DNA from: a virus
Lineage: Duplodnaviria; Caudoviricetes
Strand: one strand, 5' to 3'
Length of the DNA stretch: 32,471 nt
Virus record (IMG/VR): IMGVR_UViG_3300030392_000779
Coordinates: 1-32,471 of that record
Of the stretch, positions 9,922 through 18,407 are shown piece after piece. The notes below the pieces were generated by a model that was not told the DNA's origin, did no database searches, and saw only the letters and a program-made list of their open reading frames with translations. Numbering within the stretch: the first letter of the stretch is position 1; the number at the start of each line of letters is the position of its first letter. Both the position numbers and the translations under genes were made by a program.

Positions 9922-10934
9922 TATTTATTACCTAACATATTTTGTACATCCGATATAAATCTATCAAAAACTGAAGAAGAAGAAGTAATCTCTGGTTTTC
10001 CCTTTTTTAAAATGTTTGAATCTCTTAAAAATCTATCAAAAGATGACATTTGATATCCTCCACCCCATGAATCATCAAGATTAAAGGACGTATTTAAAGG
10101 AGGATTTGTAGGACTAAGTCCACCCCATCCTTCAAAAGTAAGCGGCTTTAATTTTTTTGGAACTTCCTTAAGAGGCTTCTTATCCTTTAAACCATGAGGA
10201 TATTCAACTGATGGTGAAGGAGGAGATACAATGGGTTCTGAAACCTTTAAACCATGAGGATATTCAACTGATGGTGAAGGAGGCCATGTAAGCGAATCTA
10301 TATACTGTTGCTTTATTTTATCTGGGTGATTACTCATGTCTATCGGTGTATTCCGACTAATGCTAAGGAGTGTTTCATTAAAAAGTTTAAAATTGTATGG
10401 TTTTAAACCCGGATGATTCTGTTTATTTCCAGCTAATGTAAAAAATTGATGCTGAGTATTTCCATCCTTAAAATCAGTTATAGTTGGAACAATATCTCCA
10501 GCAGCTAGTGCTTTCTTAAACCAGTTACTTCCAGTTTTACCTGATGCAGGTGGATTATAATACCATAAAGCTCCTCCCGTAAGATCTTTTAAAGTACCAT
10601 CTTTTATTCTAGGGACAATATTCTTTAAAACATACTGAAAATTTTTACCTCTACTTTTTGGCTCTTTTATTAACTTTTTAAATCTGTGAGTGTTTATTGC
10701 TGAAAATTGAGCTATTTTTTTATTAAATTTAGGCAATTCATATTCTTTATATATTATGTTTCTCAAATTAGAACTCAAATTAGAACTAAAATTAGCACCA
10801 AATTGTGCGTCTTTACTTTTATGTCTATTTAAAACAACACTTCCTACATTCCACATACCCATAGGTCCGAGATTATCTGCTTCAACAACAAGAAGAGCTG
10901 CTAATTCTATGTCAAGTATCTCGGTTTTGCTCAT
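9921..10934 (-). CDS. SleB/Hydrolase_2-like cell wall hydrolase with low-complexity C-terminal tail
   Basis: LAALLVVEA (catalytic Glu position), 'VGSVVLNR', 'QFS', 'DLTGGALWYYNP' and 'HQFF' match the SleB motif order. Confidence 0.6.
   Translation of the reverse strand: MSKTEILDIELAALLVVEADNLGPMGMWNVGSVVLNRHKSKDAQFGANFSSNLSSNLRNIIYKEYELPKFNKKIAQFSAINTHRFKKLIKEPKSRGKNFQYVLKNIVPRIKDGTLKDLTGGALWYYNPPASGKTGSNWFKKALAAGDIVPTITDFKDGNTQHQFFTLAGNKQNHPGLKPYNFKLFNETLLSISRNTPIDMSNHPDKIKQQYIDSLTWPPSPSVEYPHGLKVSEPIVSPPSPSVEYPHGLKDKKPLKEVPKKLKPLTFEGWGGLSPTNPPLNTSFNLDDSWGGGYQMSSFDRFLRDSNILKKGKPEITSSSSVFDRFISDVQNMLGNK
10184..10283. repeat. Perfect 40-bp direct repeat (60-bp period) encoding PPSPSVEYPHGLK twice
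   Basis: cctttaaaccatgaggatattcaactgatggtgaaggagg at 10184-10223 and 10244-10283. Confidence 0.95.
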
Positions 10935-10937
10935 AAA

Positions 10938-11666
10938 TTAACTACCTGATCTGAGTAGAAGACCGCCTGATGCTTGTCTTGCAACAAGACCACCACCACG
11001 CATATCAATAGGTTCGTCTTTCTTTAATCTCTGTGGACTCTGCAACGGGCTTCCCTGCTTTGCTGAATGCAGTGTTTCTCTCTGTTTTTCTACAGAACCT
11101 CCTCTTTGCATCATCATGCCCTGTTGCGGTGGCGGCGGCGGCATCATACCCTGTTGCGGCATCATGTCCTGTTGCGGTGGAGCAGCCTCTGCCATTTGCT
11201 GTTCTTGTGGAATCTGCATGGGTGGAGCCTCTTCAGCGGCTGGCGGCATAAAGGCTTGCTGCTTGTCACCACGATCTTTTTCAAGCTGTGCGCGAAGTTC
11301 AAGACCTTTCTCCCGATACGTTTCAAGGCGCTGTAAACCAATATATTCTATAAGTTCTTTAGGAATGCGATATTCCATATTAGAAATCTTAATAGGCACA
11401 TCAGCAGCAGGATCAACACCCTCTATTTCTACACCGTCTGCCTGTGCTTGTTTCATTGCTTTTTTTACTTCAATATTGATATTATTCAAACCAATGAAAA
11501 GAACAGATTCATAGGGAAGTATAAAATCACCTTCTTTAGCTGTTGTAGGTACGTCATCTTCTATGGATTCTACACCTTCTATCGGCATATCTCCCGTAGG
11601 CTCATTTACAAGGCCCGGATCTAGGGGTGGAGCTTCTTCTAATTGTTGAGGATTCATTAATGCCAT
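10938..11666 (-). CDS. Conserved phage head-module protein (putative internal virion protein)
   Basis: 242 aa. 'DDVP...EGDFILP..V.FIGL' motif with a degenerate second copy, a P/Q/M-rich linker and three xxGGx[VL] motifs near the C-terminus. Confidence 0.6.
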   Translation of the reverse strand: MALMNPQQLEEAPPLDPGLVNEPTGDMPIEGVESIEDDVPTTAKEGDFILPYESVLFIGLNNINIEVKKAMKQAQADGVEIEGVDPAADVPIKISNMEYRIPKELIEYIGLQRLETYREKGLELRAQLEKDRGDKQQAFMPPAAEEAPPMQIPQEQQMAEAAPPQQDMMPQQGMMPPPPPQQGMMMQRGGSVEKQRETLHSAKQGSPLQSPQRLKKDEPIDMRGGGLVARQASGGLLLRSGS

Positions 11667-11677
11667 TACTTAATTCC

Positions 11678-13525
11678 TTATGCTGCTAATTTGTGTGTTC
11701 CAAATTTTCTATTGTATTCATCTTGCATACTTCCGGCAGTTATTACGCTCTCTTTAAAATTAAAGGACTCAGGCGCACGTACCGCTCTACCTCGTATTGT
11801 TCTCATGCCATCTGCTATATAGGTGTAGTTATTTTGAGTTTCAAAAGTATATGTAATTTGTTTACTTAGATCTTCTTGAGCAGGACGAATAGTGTGGATC
11901 TTAATCTTCTTTCCATTGTAATCCATTAATTCATCACCTTCATTTAACCACATAACCAATGTCGCCGTGCCATCTCCTTTAATCATCCATTCCGTTCCAG
12001 AAACCATAGAGTCATTTAAGTACCAGATATTAGAATTTCTGCTTACCTGTAAAGAGATAATCGGTTTTGGCTGTAATACAGTTGTCCACCGTCTTACTTT
12101 ATTATCTTCGGGGAATGACATAACAACATCCCCTATTTCTAGATCTTCAATATTTTTATGAGAATAATCACCCATTAATATTTTTGTACCCGCAACCCAG
12201 CAGAACGTGTCTCCACTCTCATCATCACCCGAATCATCCGTTTCTCCATTTGGTAGTGTATCATCGAGTTCATCCTCACCCTCATCTGGGGGTAGAGCAT
12301 CGAGTTCATCTGCTCCCTCTGGTCCTTTAGGATTTCCAAAGCTTGGGGGATCAGGATAGTGTTTCATGAAATCCTTAGCTTTCGTTCGGGCCTCAAGCTG
12401 TGCTTCAACATCTGCTATATGCAGCATATCCGCTACAACCCCTGCCATTTGTCCGGATAAACTATTAAATCCAAATAATTGTAGTACCCAGCCAAGAAAA
12501 GGAATATTAGTAATTAAAGCTTCAGGAAGACTAACTAATTTTTGTCCACCATACTCGTCTTTCCAACCCCGATCTAATTCTGACCAAGCATAAAGTGTTC
12601 CCAACGCTCCCAAAGCACCAGACAAAACTAAGGATGCTGGACCTGTTAATCCTGCTACTTTTCCAATTATAGATCCTACATTTCTTGCAGCGGCTGCTGT
12701 ACTTCCTGTTTTTCCGGGTTGGCCCGTACTCTCAGTACCCTTAAAAGCTACGTCTAATAGTCCACTTACTGGTATTCCAAATGCATGTTGGGCTACTGAC
12801 TTAGCACCCTGTGCAAGTACATCTTGAGGGTCGTTCTTCTGTGTGGCAAGCATCGTAGCTAGTTTAGCTATGTCTCCTGCATATGGTATATCGAACTTCT
12901 TTCCCGCAAACTTTGCCGCAGATGAAATTGTCTGTGGCAAATTCCCCGATAAGGCCGGACCTACAAGGCGGCCAAAGTCTCCAATTTTCTGGTTCCCTGA
13001 GAGAAAACCAATAGCAGTAGCAGCAGGTCCAACAATCTTTGACACATTTAGATTCGTATGAAATGGATCTAACAAATCTGAAAAAGTCTGTTTATCAGAG
13101 CTTGTACCAATGATATCTAGACCTTCTGGGATATCTAGACCTTCTGATCCCATAAAGTCAGATTGAGCTTCTTTAATTCCAGACGTTTTTTCGTCTATTC
13201 GACTAAGTATATTTTTAACGGGATCTTCAATCAGAGCTAAAGCATTCCGTGTAATTGTATACTCGTCGTCTGGGGTTAATTTTGACGGTGGAAGACTCCT
13301 AGAAAGAGCGCCAGTGAGGCCAGCTTGCTCCATTGTCTCTTTTAAAGCTGTATTTTCAAATAAAGGATTATCAAAAGGATTAGACTTCACTGGTGCAAAT
13401 TGTTCAATAGCTACTTCTTGATGCCCTGCTCCTATATTTAATTCTTGATTCTCTGCTCCTTGCGGGAGTCCAAATAATCCCCTAAATTGTTCAATTGCAG
13501 TTTCATTAGTCGGATTCTCTGGCAT
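11678..13525 (-). CDS. Putative internal/ejection protein with C-terminal Hint (intein-like) domain
   Basis: 615 aa. G/A-rich hydrophobic core, acidic linker, then C442 'CWVAGTKILM.D...KNIEDLEIGDVVMS' (block A) and 'TYTFETQNNYTYIADG' (block F-like). Confidence 0.7.
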   Translation of the reverse strand: MPENPTNETAIEQFRGLFGLPQGAENQELNIGAGHQEVAIEQFAPVKSNPFDNPLFENTALKETMEQAGLTGALSRSLPPSKLTPDDEYTITRNALALIEDPVKNILSRIDEKTSGIKEAQSDFMGSEGLDIPEGLDIIGTSSDKQTFSDLLDPFHTNLNVSKIVGPAATAIGFLSGNQKIGDFGRLVGPALSGNLPQTISSAAKFAGKKFDIPYAGDIAKLATMLATQKNDPQDVLAQGAKSVAQHAFGIPVSGLLDVAFKGTESTGQPGKTGSTAAAARNVGSIIGKVAGLTGPASLVLSGALGALGTLYAWSELDRGWKDEYGGQKLVSLPEALITNIPFLGWVLQLFGFNSLSGQMAGVVADMLHIADVEAQLEARTKAKDFMKHYPDPPSFGNPKGPEGADELDALPPDEGEDELDDTLPNGETDDSGDDESGDTFCWVAGTKILMGDYSHKNIEDLEIGDVVMSFPEDNKVRRWTTVLQPKPIISLQVSRNSNIWYLNDSMVSGTEWMIKGDGTATLVMWLNEGDELMDYNGKKIKIHTIRPAQEDLSKQITYTFETQNNYTYIADGMRTIRGRAVRAPESFNFKESVITAGSMQDEYNRKFGTHKLAA

Positions 13526-13730
13526 CCACTTTAACCGATACCTTGAGTTTCACCAGTGTTTCCAGTAAAGCCAGCTTCCCCTGCAATCGGCGCATCTCCA
13601 ATTCCGATTCCACCACCACCAACTGCCGTTGCATCATTTGGGCCAACTGTTGCAGGTAATCCTCCAGCGGCTCCCATGTTTCCGGGTTGTTGACCAACGG
13701 CAGGAGCTTCTTCGCCAGTTGTCGTTGCAT
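13506..13730 (-). CDS. Small helical protein overprinted on the portal 3' end
   Basis: 74 aa, own SD (GAGAGGT 4-5 nt before ATG). 'LLPLVNNP..W....RRLQGK' pattern typical of the small gene that follows portals in this phage type. Confidence 0.65.
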   Translation of the reverse strand: MQRQLAKKLLPLVNNPETWEPLEDYLQQLAQMMQRQLVVVESELEMRRLQGKLALLETLVKLKVSVKVDARESD

Positions 13731-15573
13731 TTAAACCTCTCAATACTTCTGCAAAGATTGCAGCATCATTTACATCATTTACAAGAAGATCCGGATCAAT
13801 ATCTTGACTTATTGCAAGTTCTCTTACGAGATTTGGAATCTTAATAAAAGGTGCCAGCATAGGATTTGCTACGGTTTGTAAAAGAGCAGTTAAACGCTGA
13901 CTTCGAACTTCCTTTTGTATGACTGCACTGGTTCCACGGGGCTTAATCTCAAGATCTCCATGTATTTCCAGCATTCTGTCATTAAACTGCATATTCCATT
14001 GAAAGAAAGCTTCACCCATTGGCTTTAAAAGAAAGTCATCAATATTCTTAATCACAGTCTTGATACTTAGACCTGCACTGGACATTAACATACTAAGTCC
14101 TGCTGCTGTACGACCTGTTCCCGTTACTCCCGTTTGACCGTGCGTTATACTTGGGATTCCTGTCTGCTCATCTGCAAGCTGTCGGGCCTTATCGTACATC
14201 TGTATATTCTCTCCGGCAGTGTTGGGAAACTTAAGACCATTGATTGCTGTTCCTGTTACACCCGACTGTCTGCGGAATACCTTGCCCGGATACACATCGT
14301 ACGATTGACCCGGAACAAGCTGTGTTTCATCAATATCAAAGACTAGATTGCCAGCAAGTGCTAAGTTATCTATAGCCATGCGTACGTGACCATTCATAAG
14401 AAGCTGGCTATCTTCCATATTTTCTGCTACACCTACACCGAATATTTGATAAGGATTAAGTTCAAAGGGAAAAGAATAAAAGGGAAGGCGTGTAGGAAGA
14501 AATGGATTGGTTACAATGCGAAGTATCTGATTACCGCAAATCCAAGCATTTACTTGAATGGAGTTTTCATTATCCGGTGGTATCTCAAGACCAGCTTCTT
14601 CTGCCAACTCTGTATCCACAATACCCCAGTATTCCAGAACTTCATAACGGTGTCTTTCATTTTGTGTATCTTTTTCATTATTGTAGAGTGTACTTTCAAA
14701 ATAACGTTCTGCATAGTTTGGGCCTTCCTCCAATACGGCTTCTATAGCTTCCGGAATAAAATATGGACGCTTTAATAAGTCTCGAAGCTGCTCACGATTA
14801 AAACGATGTCTTTGAATTACATATTCACAATCCTCTGTAGAGGTTGCGGAAGGATCAGGATAGAAATCCCAGCAGCTTACTGACTCAATACGTGGAACTG
14901 TACGCTCATAAGGTTCGTAGGTCTTCTCTCCCCCTGTTTCATTGGATATCCAGTTATGTATGGTCTTGCTATAATTGAATGGGCCTTTGATTATACCTGT
15001 TCCTAGAAGACTGCATTCAAACAGTGCATGGCGCATAACTGTCACAGCATTGGTATCAAGAAGCTGATCTTGGATGCACTTTTCAAGGTGTCTGGCGGAT
15101 TCTCTGGCTGGAGCTATTTGTGGACCTCCGATACGAGACGGTCCTTCTTGCAGATTTGCTCCTTCGTATCTTTCTTCTAAACCGCCAAGAGGAGTTGCTT
15201 CTGTTGCTCCGGGTTGAAGTTCTCTTCCGTCACCCGGAAAACCAGCAGGATCTTGAGGAGGTTGCGGTGAAACATGTGCAAATTCCACAATACCCTCTGG
15301 AACAGGTGTAGACTCTACTGAAATGGGAAATTTATTCTGAGAGAACAGTATATCAATAATCTGACCGTAAGCAGCAAGAACTTTAGTCTTGGTAATCTTT
15401 ATGAATACCTGACTACGCTCATTCTCACGATACTGTGTAGATGAATCGTATATCCCGCGATAATTTTTGTAGGCTTTTAGCCATCGCTCTTCGTCAGGCA
15501 AGCGTCCCGTTTCCGCATCTTGAAATCGGGACTTTACTGTTCCAACGAGTTTATACTCGTCTTCTTGATCCAT
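13531..15573 (-). CDS. Portal protein
   Basis: 680 aa. 'EERWLKAYKNYRG..SQVFIKITKTKVLAAY', 'VSCWDFYPDP', 'YEVLEYWG', 'FGVGVAENMEDSQ', 'TGRTAAGLSML'. Position between TerL and scaffold. Confidence 0.9.
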   Translation of the reverse strand: MDQEDEYKLVGTVKSRFQDAETGRLPDEERWLKAYKNYRGIYDSSTQYRENERSQVFIKITKTKVLAAYGQIIDILFSQNKFPISVESTPVPEGIVEFAHVSPQPPQDPAGFPGDGRELQPGATEATPLGGLEERYEGANLQEGPSRIGGPQIAPARESARHLEKCIQDQLLDTNAVTVMRHALFECSLLGTGIIKGPFNYSKTIHNWISNETGGEKTYEPYERTVPRIESVSCWDFYPDPSATSTEDCEYVIQRHRFNREQLRDLLKRPYFIPEAIEAVLEEGPNYAERYFESTLYNNEKDTQNERHRYEVLEYWGIVDTELAEEAGLEIPPDNENSIQVNAWICGNQILRIVTNPFLPTRLPFYSFPFELNPYQIFGVGVAENMEDSQLLMNGHVRMAIDNLALAGNLVFDIDETQLVPGQSYDVYPGKVFRRQSGVTGTAINGLKFPNTAGENIQMYDKARQLADEQTGIPSITHGQTGVTGTGRTAAGLSMLMSSAGLSIKTVIKNIDDFLLKPMGEAFFQWNMQFNDRMLEIHGDLEIKPRGTSAVIQKEVRSQRLTALLQTVANPMLAPFIKIPNLVRELAISQDIDPDLLVNDVNDAAIFAEVLRGLNATTTGEEAPAVGQQPGNMGAAGGLPATVGPNDATAVGGGGIGIGDAPIAGEAGFTGNTGETQGIG

Positions 15574-15585
15574 TTAAGGATTCCT

Positions 15586-15816
15586 TTAGCTATGAGATGA
15601 TTTTGATGCGAGACTTCCGAGTACTTTGGAATCTACATGCTTACTTCCCTTTGTCGAGGGAAAGCTTTCCGGTTTCCAAGCATTCATATTTATCTTCATA
15701 TTAAATTCAAGCTTCTCACGATACAGAGCATCTTCTTTAGCATCCGATGTCTCACCGTGTTTGATTGATTTTGTAATTTCGCTTGATTTATATAGATCTT
15801 TATTTCCGTATGGCAT
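15586..15816 (-). CDS. Hypothetical protein upstream of portal
   Basis: 76 aa, SD AAAGGA, fits tightly into the operon. Confidence 0.6.
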   Translation of the reverse strand: MPYGNKDLYKSSEITKSIKHGETSDAKEDALYREKLEFNMKINMNAWKPESFPSTKGSKHVDSKVLGSLASKSSHS

Positions 15817-15836
15817 AGTGTTGTCCTTTCATTGTA

Positions 15837-18191
15837 TTAAGCAATAGAGGATGGTGGTGGTGGTGTGAGTAGTTCATCCATCTGAAATGATACTTTATCA
15901 TCATCGGGTATTGTTTGTGGAATTTCAGGTCCGATTGTACTTTCTACAGATTCATCCACAGGTGCGGCGGGTGTTCCTATGTCAAGTTCATATTGATCCC
16001 CTTGTCGTCTTTTTATATGTTCCTCTTGAGCTTTCGGAGTAAGAGAATGAAATATTCCTGATCCTTCCGTTGGATAATCCCCTCTTTCTTTAATATCAAG
16101 TGGTAATCTTCCAGCTAATTTTCCAATTGACGAAGGTGTGGGCCATCCTGCTGCTGCAAGTGTACCTTCACCTACCATTTGCAAAATTCTTAATAACTTC
16201 ACACCTGCATTATCAGGATCATCTTTAGAGTCTTCTTGTATTTCCCGTACTTTTTCCGCAAATGCTAATGGTCCACCCACTTTAGTGAAAGCTTTATATA
16301 ATGCAGATCCTATTGGCACATTGTCTATTTTATTTTTTATGTCATTTATAACTTCGGGAATTATCTCAGATAAATTTTTGCTAACTAGTTTCCCCGCTCC
16401 TTCTTTAACAGCATCCTTTTTAATTTGTTGCCAATCATCAAATGGATTCTCAAGTGTTTTCCAATTAGGTTTTTCCCAATTTTCAGCAACTTCAATAGTT
16501 TTCTGTATAGTTTGTACCGTTCTCGCAGTAGATTCCACATTTTGTTGCTCTGAATCATCTTCAATTCTTGATAATATATTCTCTATATTTTCAGAACTAA
16601 CTTCTTCTTTCCATCCTTTTTCATACCGTTGCAACTCTTCTATAGAACTTATATTACGCTTAGTTATAAAAGAGTCTATCTGTTCATTAGTGAGTCCTAT
16701 TCCTTCAGGGCCTAGATATGTTTCTAAATCAACTCTTTTAGCCAAATTTTCTTGTTTTTGTTCTAATCGTATGCGATCTGCTTCACCTAATCTTTCTTTA
16801 TCTTCAACTACATCTTTTAAAAGATCTGGATTTATATTAAAAGATTCATCCAGCAATGTTGAAGCATGAGGAACTTCTCTCTGTCTTTTTTCTCTGGCAA
16901 CTTCCATAAAAGCCTCTAAAGAAAGTCCCTGACCCGTAGTAACTGGTCCTTTTTGAAATTCATGTCCTCTAAAAGATAAATAGTGACTAAGACCCGTTGA
17001 CCCCGCCGAAGATTTATGACCAAGAACGCTATCAGCTATATGTGTTGTTCCCTTTGGGTCTTCATAGATTGACGTGAATAGATTATCTCTGAAAGTATTA
17101 TGACCCATTCTAACAGCTACTTCAGTACCATCTGGTTTCAGTTCCAGAAAAGGAGTTGTTTCTTTTGTTCGTTTTCCGCCCTTCATTATATGATACCATC
17201 TGTCTTTTTGAGGAATGACCTGTTTAAGTTCATCCATAACTCTCTTAATATAGTTTTGCTGAATGGCTTTAGTATTTGGAAAAACTGACTCCCATCCCAA
17301 ACTTCTTGCTGTTTTCACGGCATCATCTAGAGCAACATAAAGCACAGGATGTAATGGATAAATAGTGGCTACACCTTTATTAAAAATACGAATAGAACGT
17401 AATTTAGGATCAAGAGAAGTAAATCTTCCTTTTGATGATTCTTCCGACATCTGATCATATTCAACTTGCTCTGCATCTCTTACTATGTTCAGCTTTTTCG
17501 GATCTGTCGTTAGATATTGAAGTTCAGGAAATCTAAGTCCGGCATGTGTCGTTAATAACATATGAGTTTTAATGATATTTTCAGGAATATCAAAGGTTTT
17601 ATTCCCTTCTTTTACTTTTAGTGATGTAGTCTTCTTATACGTGTTAAAAATAGCTTCATTCATTTTTTGTGAAGAGGGTAAAAGTGTAATTACATCTTTT
17701 CCTCCTCTTTGCTGAAGAGCAAAACCAATTGTTTCAAAAGGAAGCTTTTTCCCTTTCGGAACTTTAGACCTAATTGATTTTGGAATACTTTTTGATATAT
17801 TTTTCTTATTCCAAATCTCAAATTTACTTGGTCCACCTCCTGTTGCCTGTTTAATTACTGCATTTAAAGCGAGTCCTAAATTTCTTTTTGTACTGGCGGT
17901 AAACGCTATAGTCCCGCCTTTAGTTTTTGTACCAAACAGAACAGGCTCATGTGTGAAAAGAGTATTGAATACTGTTTCTTTATTAAAATCTTCCAAAGAA
18001 AGAGAGTCTATATCCCATTCCTTATTATTAATCTTCACTACTTTACTCAGCTCTTCTAAAGCTTTCATATGTCTTCTATATTTGTCTTCTGAATCCCATG
18101 TAGAACCCTTCTTGCCCTGTTCCCGATGCTTGTGGGCAATATAGTCCTCAAAAGCATTTCTAACAGAGTCAGGTTTATCTACAAACGCCAT
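15837..18191 (-). CDS. Tyrosine recombinase/integrase-fold protein with long C-terminal extension
   Basis: Box I 'LLTTHAGLRFPEL' (R220), K272, 'HNTFR' (H364/R368), box II 'VLGH' (H392) and 'LSHY' (Y404), then about 380 additional aa. Confidence 0.65.
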   Translation of the reverse strand: MAFVDKPDSVRNAFEDYIAHKHREQGKKGSTWDSEDKYRRHMKALEELSKVVKINNKEWDIDSLSLEDFNKETVFNTLFTHEPVLFGTKTKGGTIAFTASTKRNLGLALNAVIKQATGGGPSKFEIWNKKNISKSIPKSIRSKVPKGKKLPFETIGFALQQRGGKDVITLLPSSQKMNEAIFNTYKKTTSLKVKEGNKTFDIPENIIKTHMLLTTHAGLRFPELQYLTTDPKKLNIVRDAEQVEYDQMSEESSKGRFTSLDPKLRSIRIFNKGVATIYPLHPVLYVALDDAVKTARSLGWESVFPNTKAIQQNYIKRVMDELKQVIPQKDRWYHIMKGGKRTKETTPFLELKPDGTEVAVRMGHNTFRDNLFTSIYEDPKGTTHIADSVLGHKSSAGSTGLSHYLSFRGHEFQKGPVTTGQGLSLEAFMEVAREKRQREVPHASTLLDESFNINPDLLKDVVEDKERLGEADRIRLEQKQENLAKRVDLETYLGPEGIGLTNEQIDSFITKRNISSIEELQRYEKGWKEEVSSENIENILSRIEDDSEQQNVESTARTVQTIQKTIEVAENWEKPNWKTLENPFDDWQQIKKDAVKEGAGKLVSKNLSEIIPEVINDIKNKIDNVPIGSALYKAFTKVGGPLAFAEKVREIQEDSKDDPDNAGVKLLRILQMVGEGTLAAAGWPTPSSIGKLAGRLPLDIKERGDYPTEGSGIFHSLTPKAQEEHIKRRQGDQYELDIGTPAAPVDESVESTIGPEIPQTIPDDDKVSFQMDELLTPPPPSSIA

Positions 18192-18193
18192 GA

Positions 18194-18403
18194 TTACGTT
18201 TTCTTTCGTTGAGCATTTATTATTTTTTGTATTGTCGCTAATTGTTTTTCCTGTTGAGCAAGATTAAGTTCAGCAGAGGATTCAGCTTTACGTACTGAGC
18301 CGCCAGTAGCATATTTTTTTTCAGATTGAGGTTGTATTGGTTCATTTCCGTACTCGGCAGTTCCGCCGCTGTCTGTTGTGGAGTGTAGAGGCATTATAAT
18401 CAT
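18194..18403 (-). CDS. Small protein with YATGGSV motif
   Basis: Likely start at ATG 18403 or 18394, just after the TerL stop, rather than the track's 18484. Confidence 0.55.
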   Translation of the reverse strand: MIIMPLHSTTDSGGTAEYGNEPIQPQSEKKYATGGSVRKAESSAELNLAQQEKQLATIQKIINAQRKKT

Positions 18404-18407
18404 TGTT

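Noticed and set aside
11033-11514. Cys-rich plus-strand ORF (MPCCGGGGGIIPCCG...) resembling a metallothionein
   Set aside because: Antisense mirror of the Gln/Pro/Met-rich region of 10938-11666. Unlike 22407-22478 it is on the non-coding strand and has no SD.
11678-12202. Canonical splicing intein
   Set aside because: No terminal His-Asn followed by Cys/Ser/Thr, and no endonuclease domain.
16138-16869. 243-aa plus-strand ORF
   Set aside because: Antisense to the recombinase-fold gene, with shadow-like composition.
15837-18191. Reading the window as an integrated prophage or mobile element because of the integrase-like gene
   Set aside because: No host genes, tRNA or att boundary are visible, and the gene sits mid-operon. 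hsp20, nfu, purS and thyX are interspersed among phage genes.
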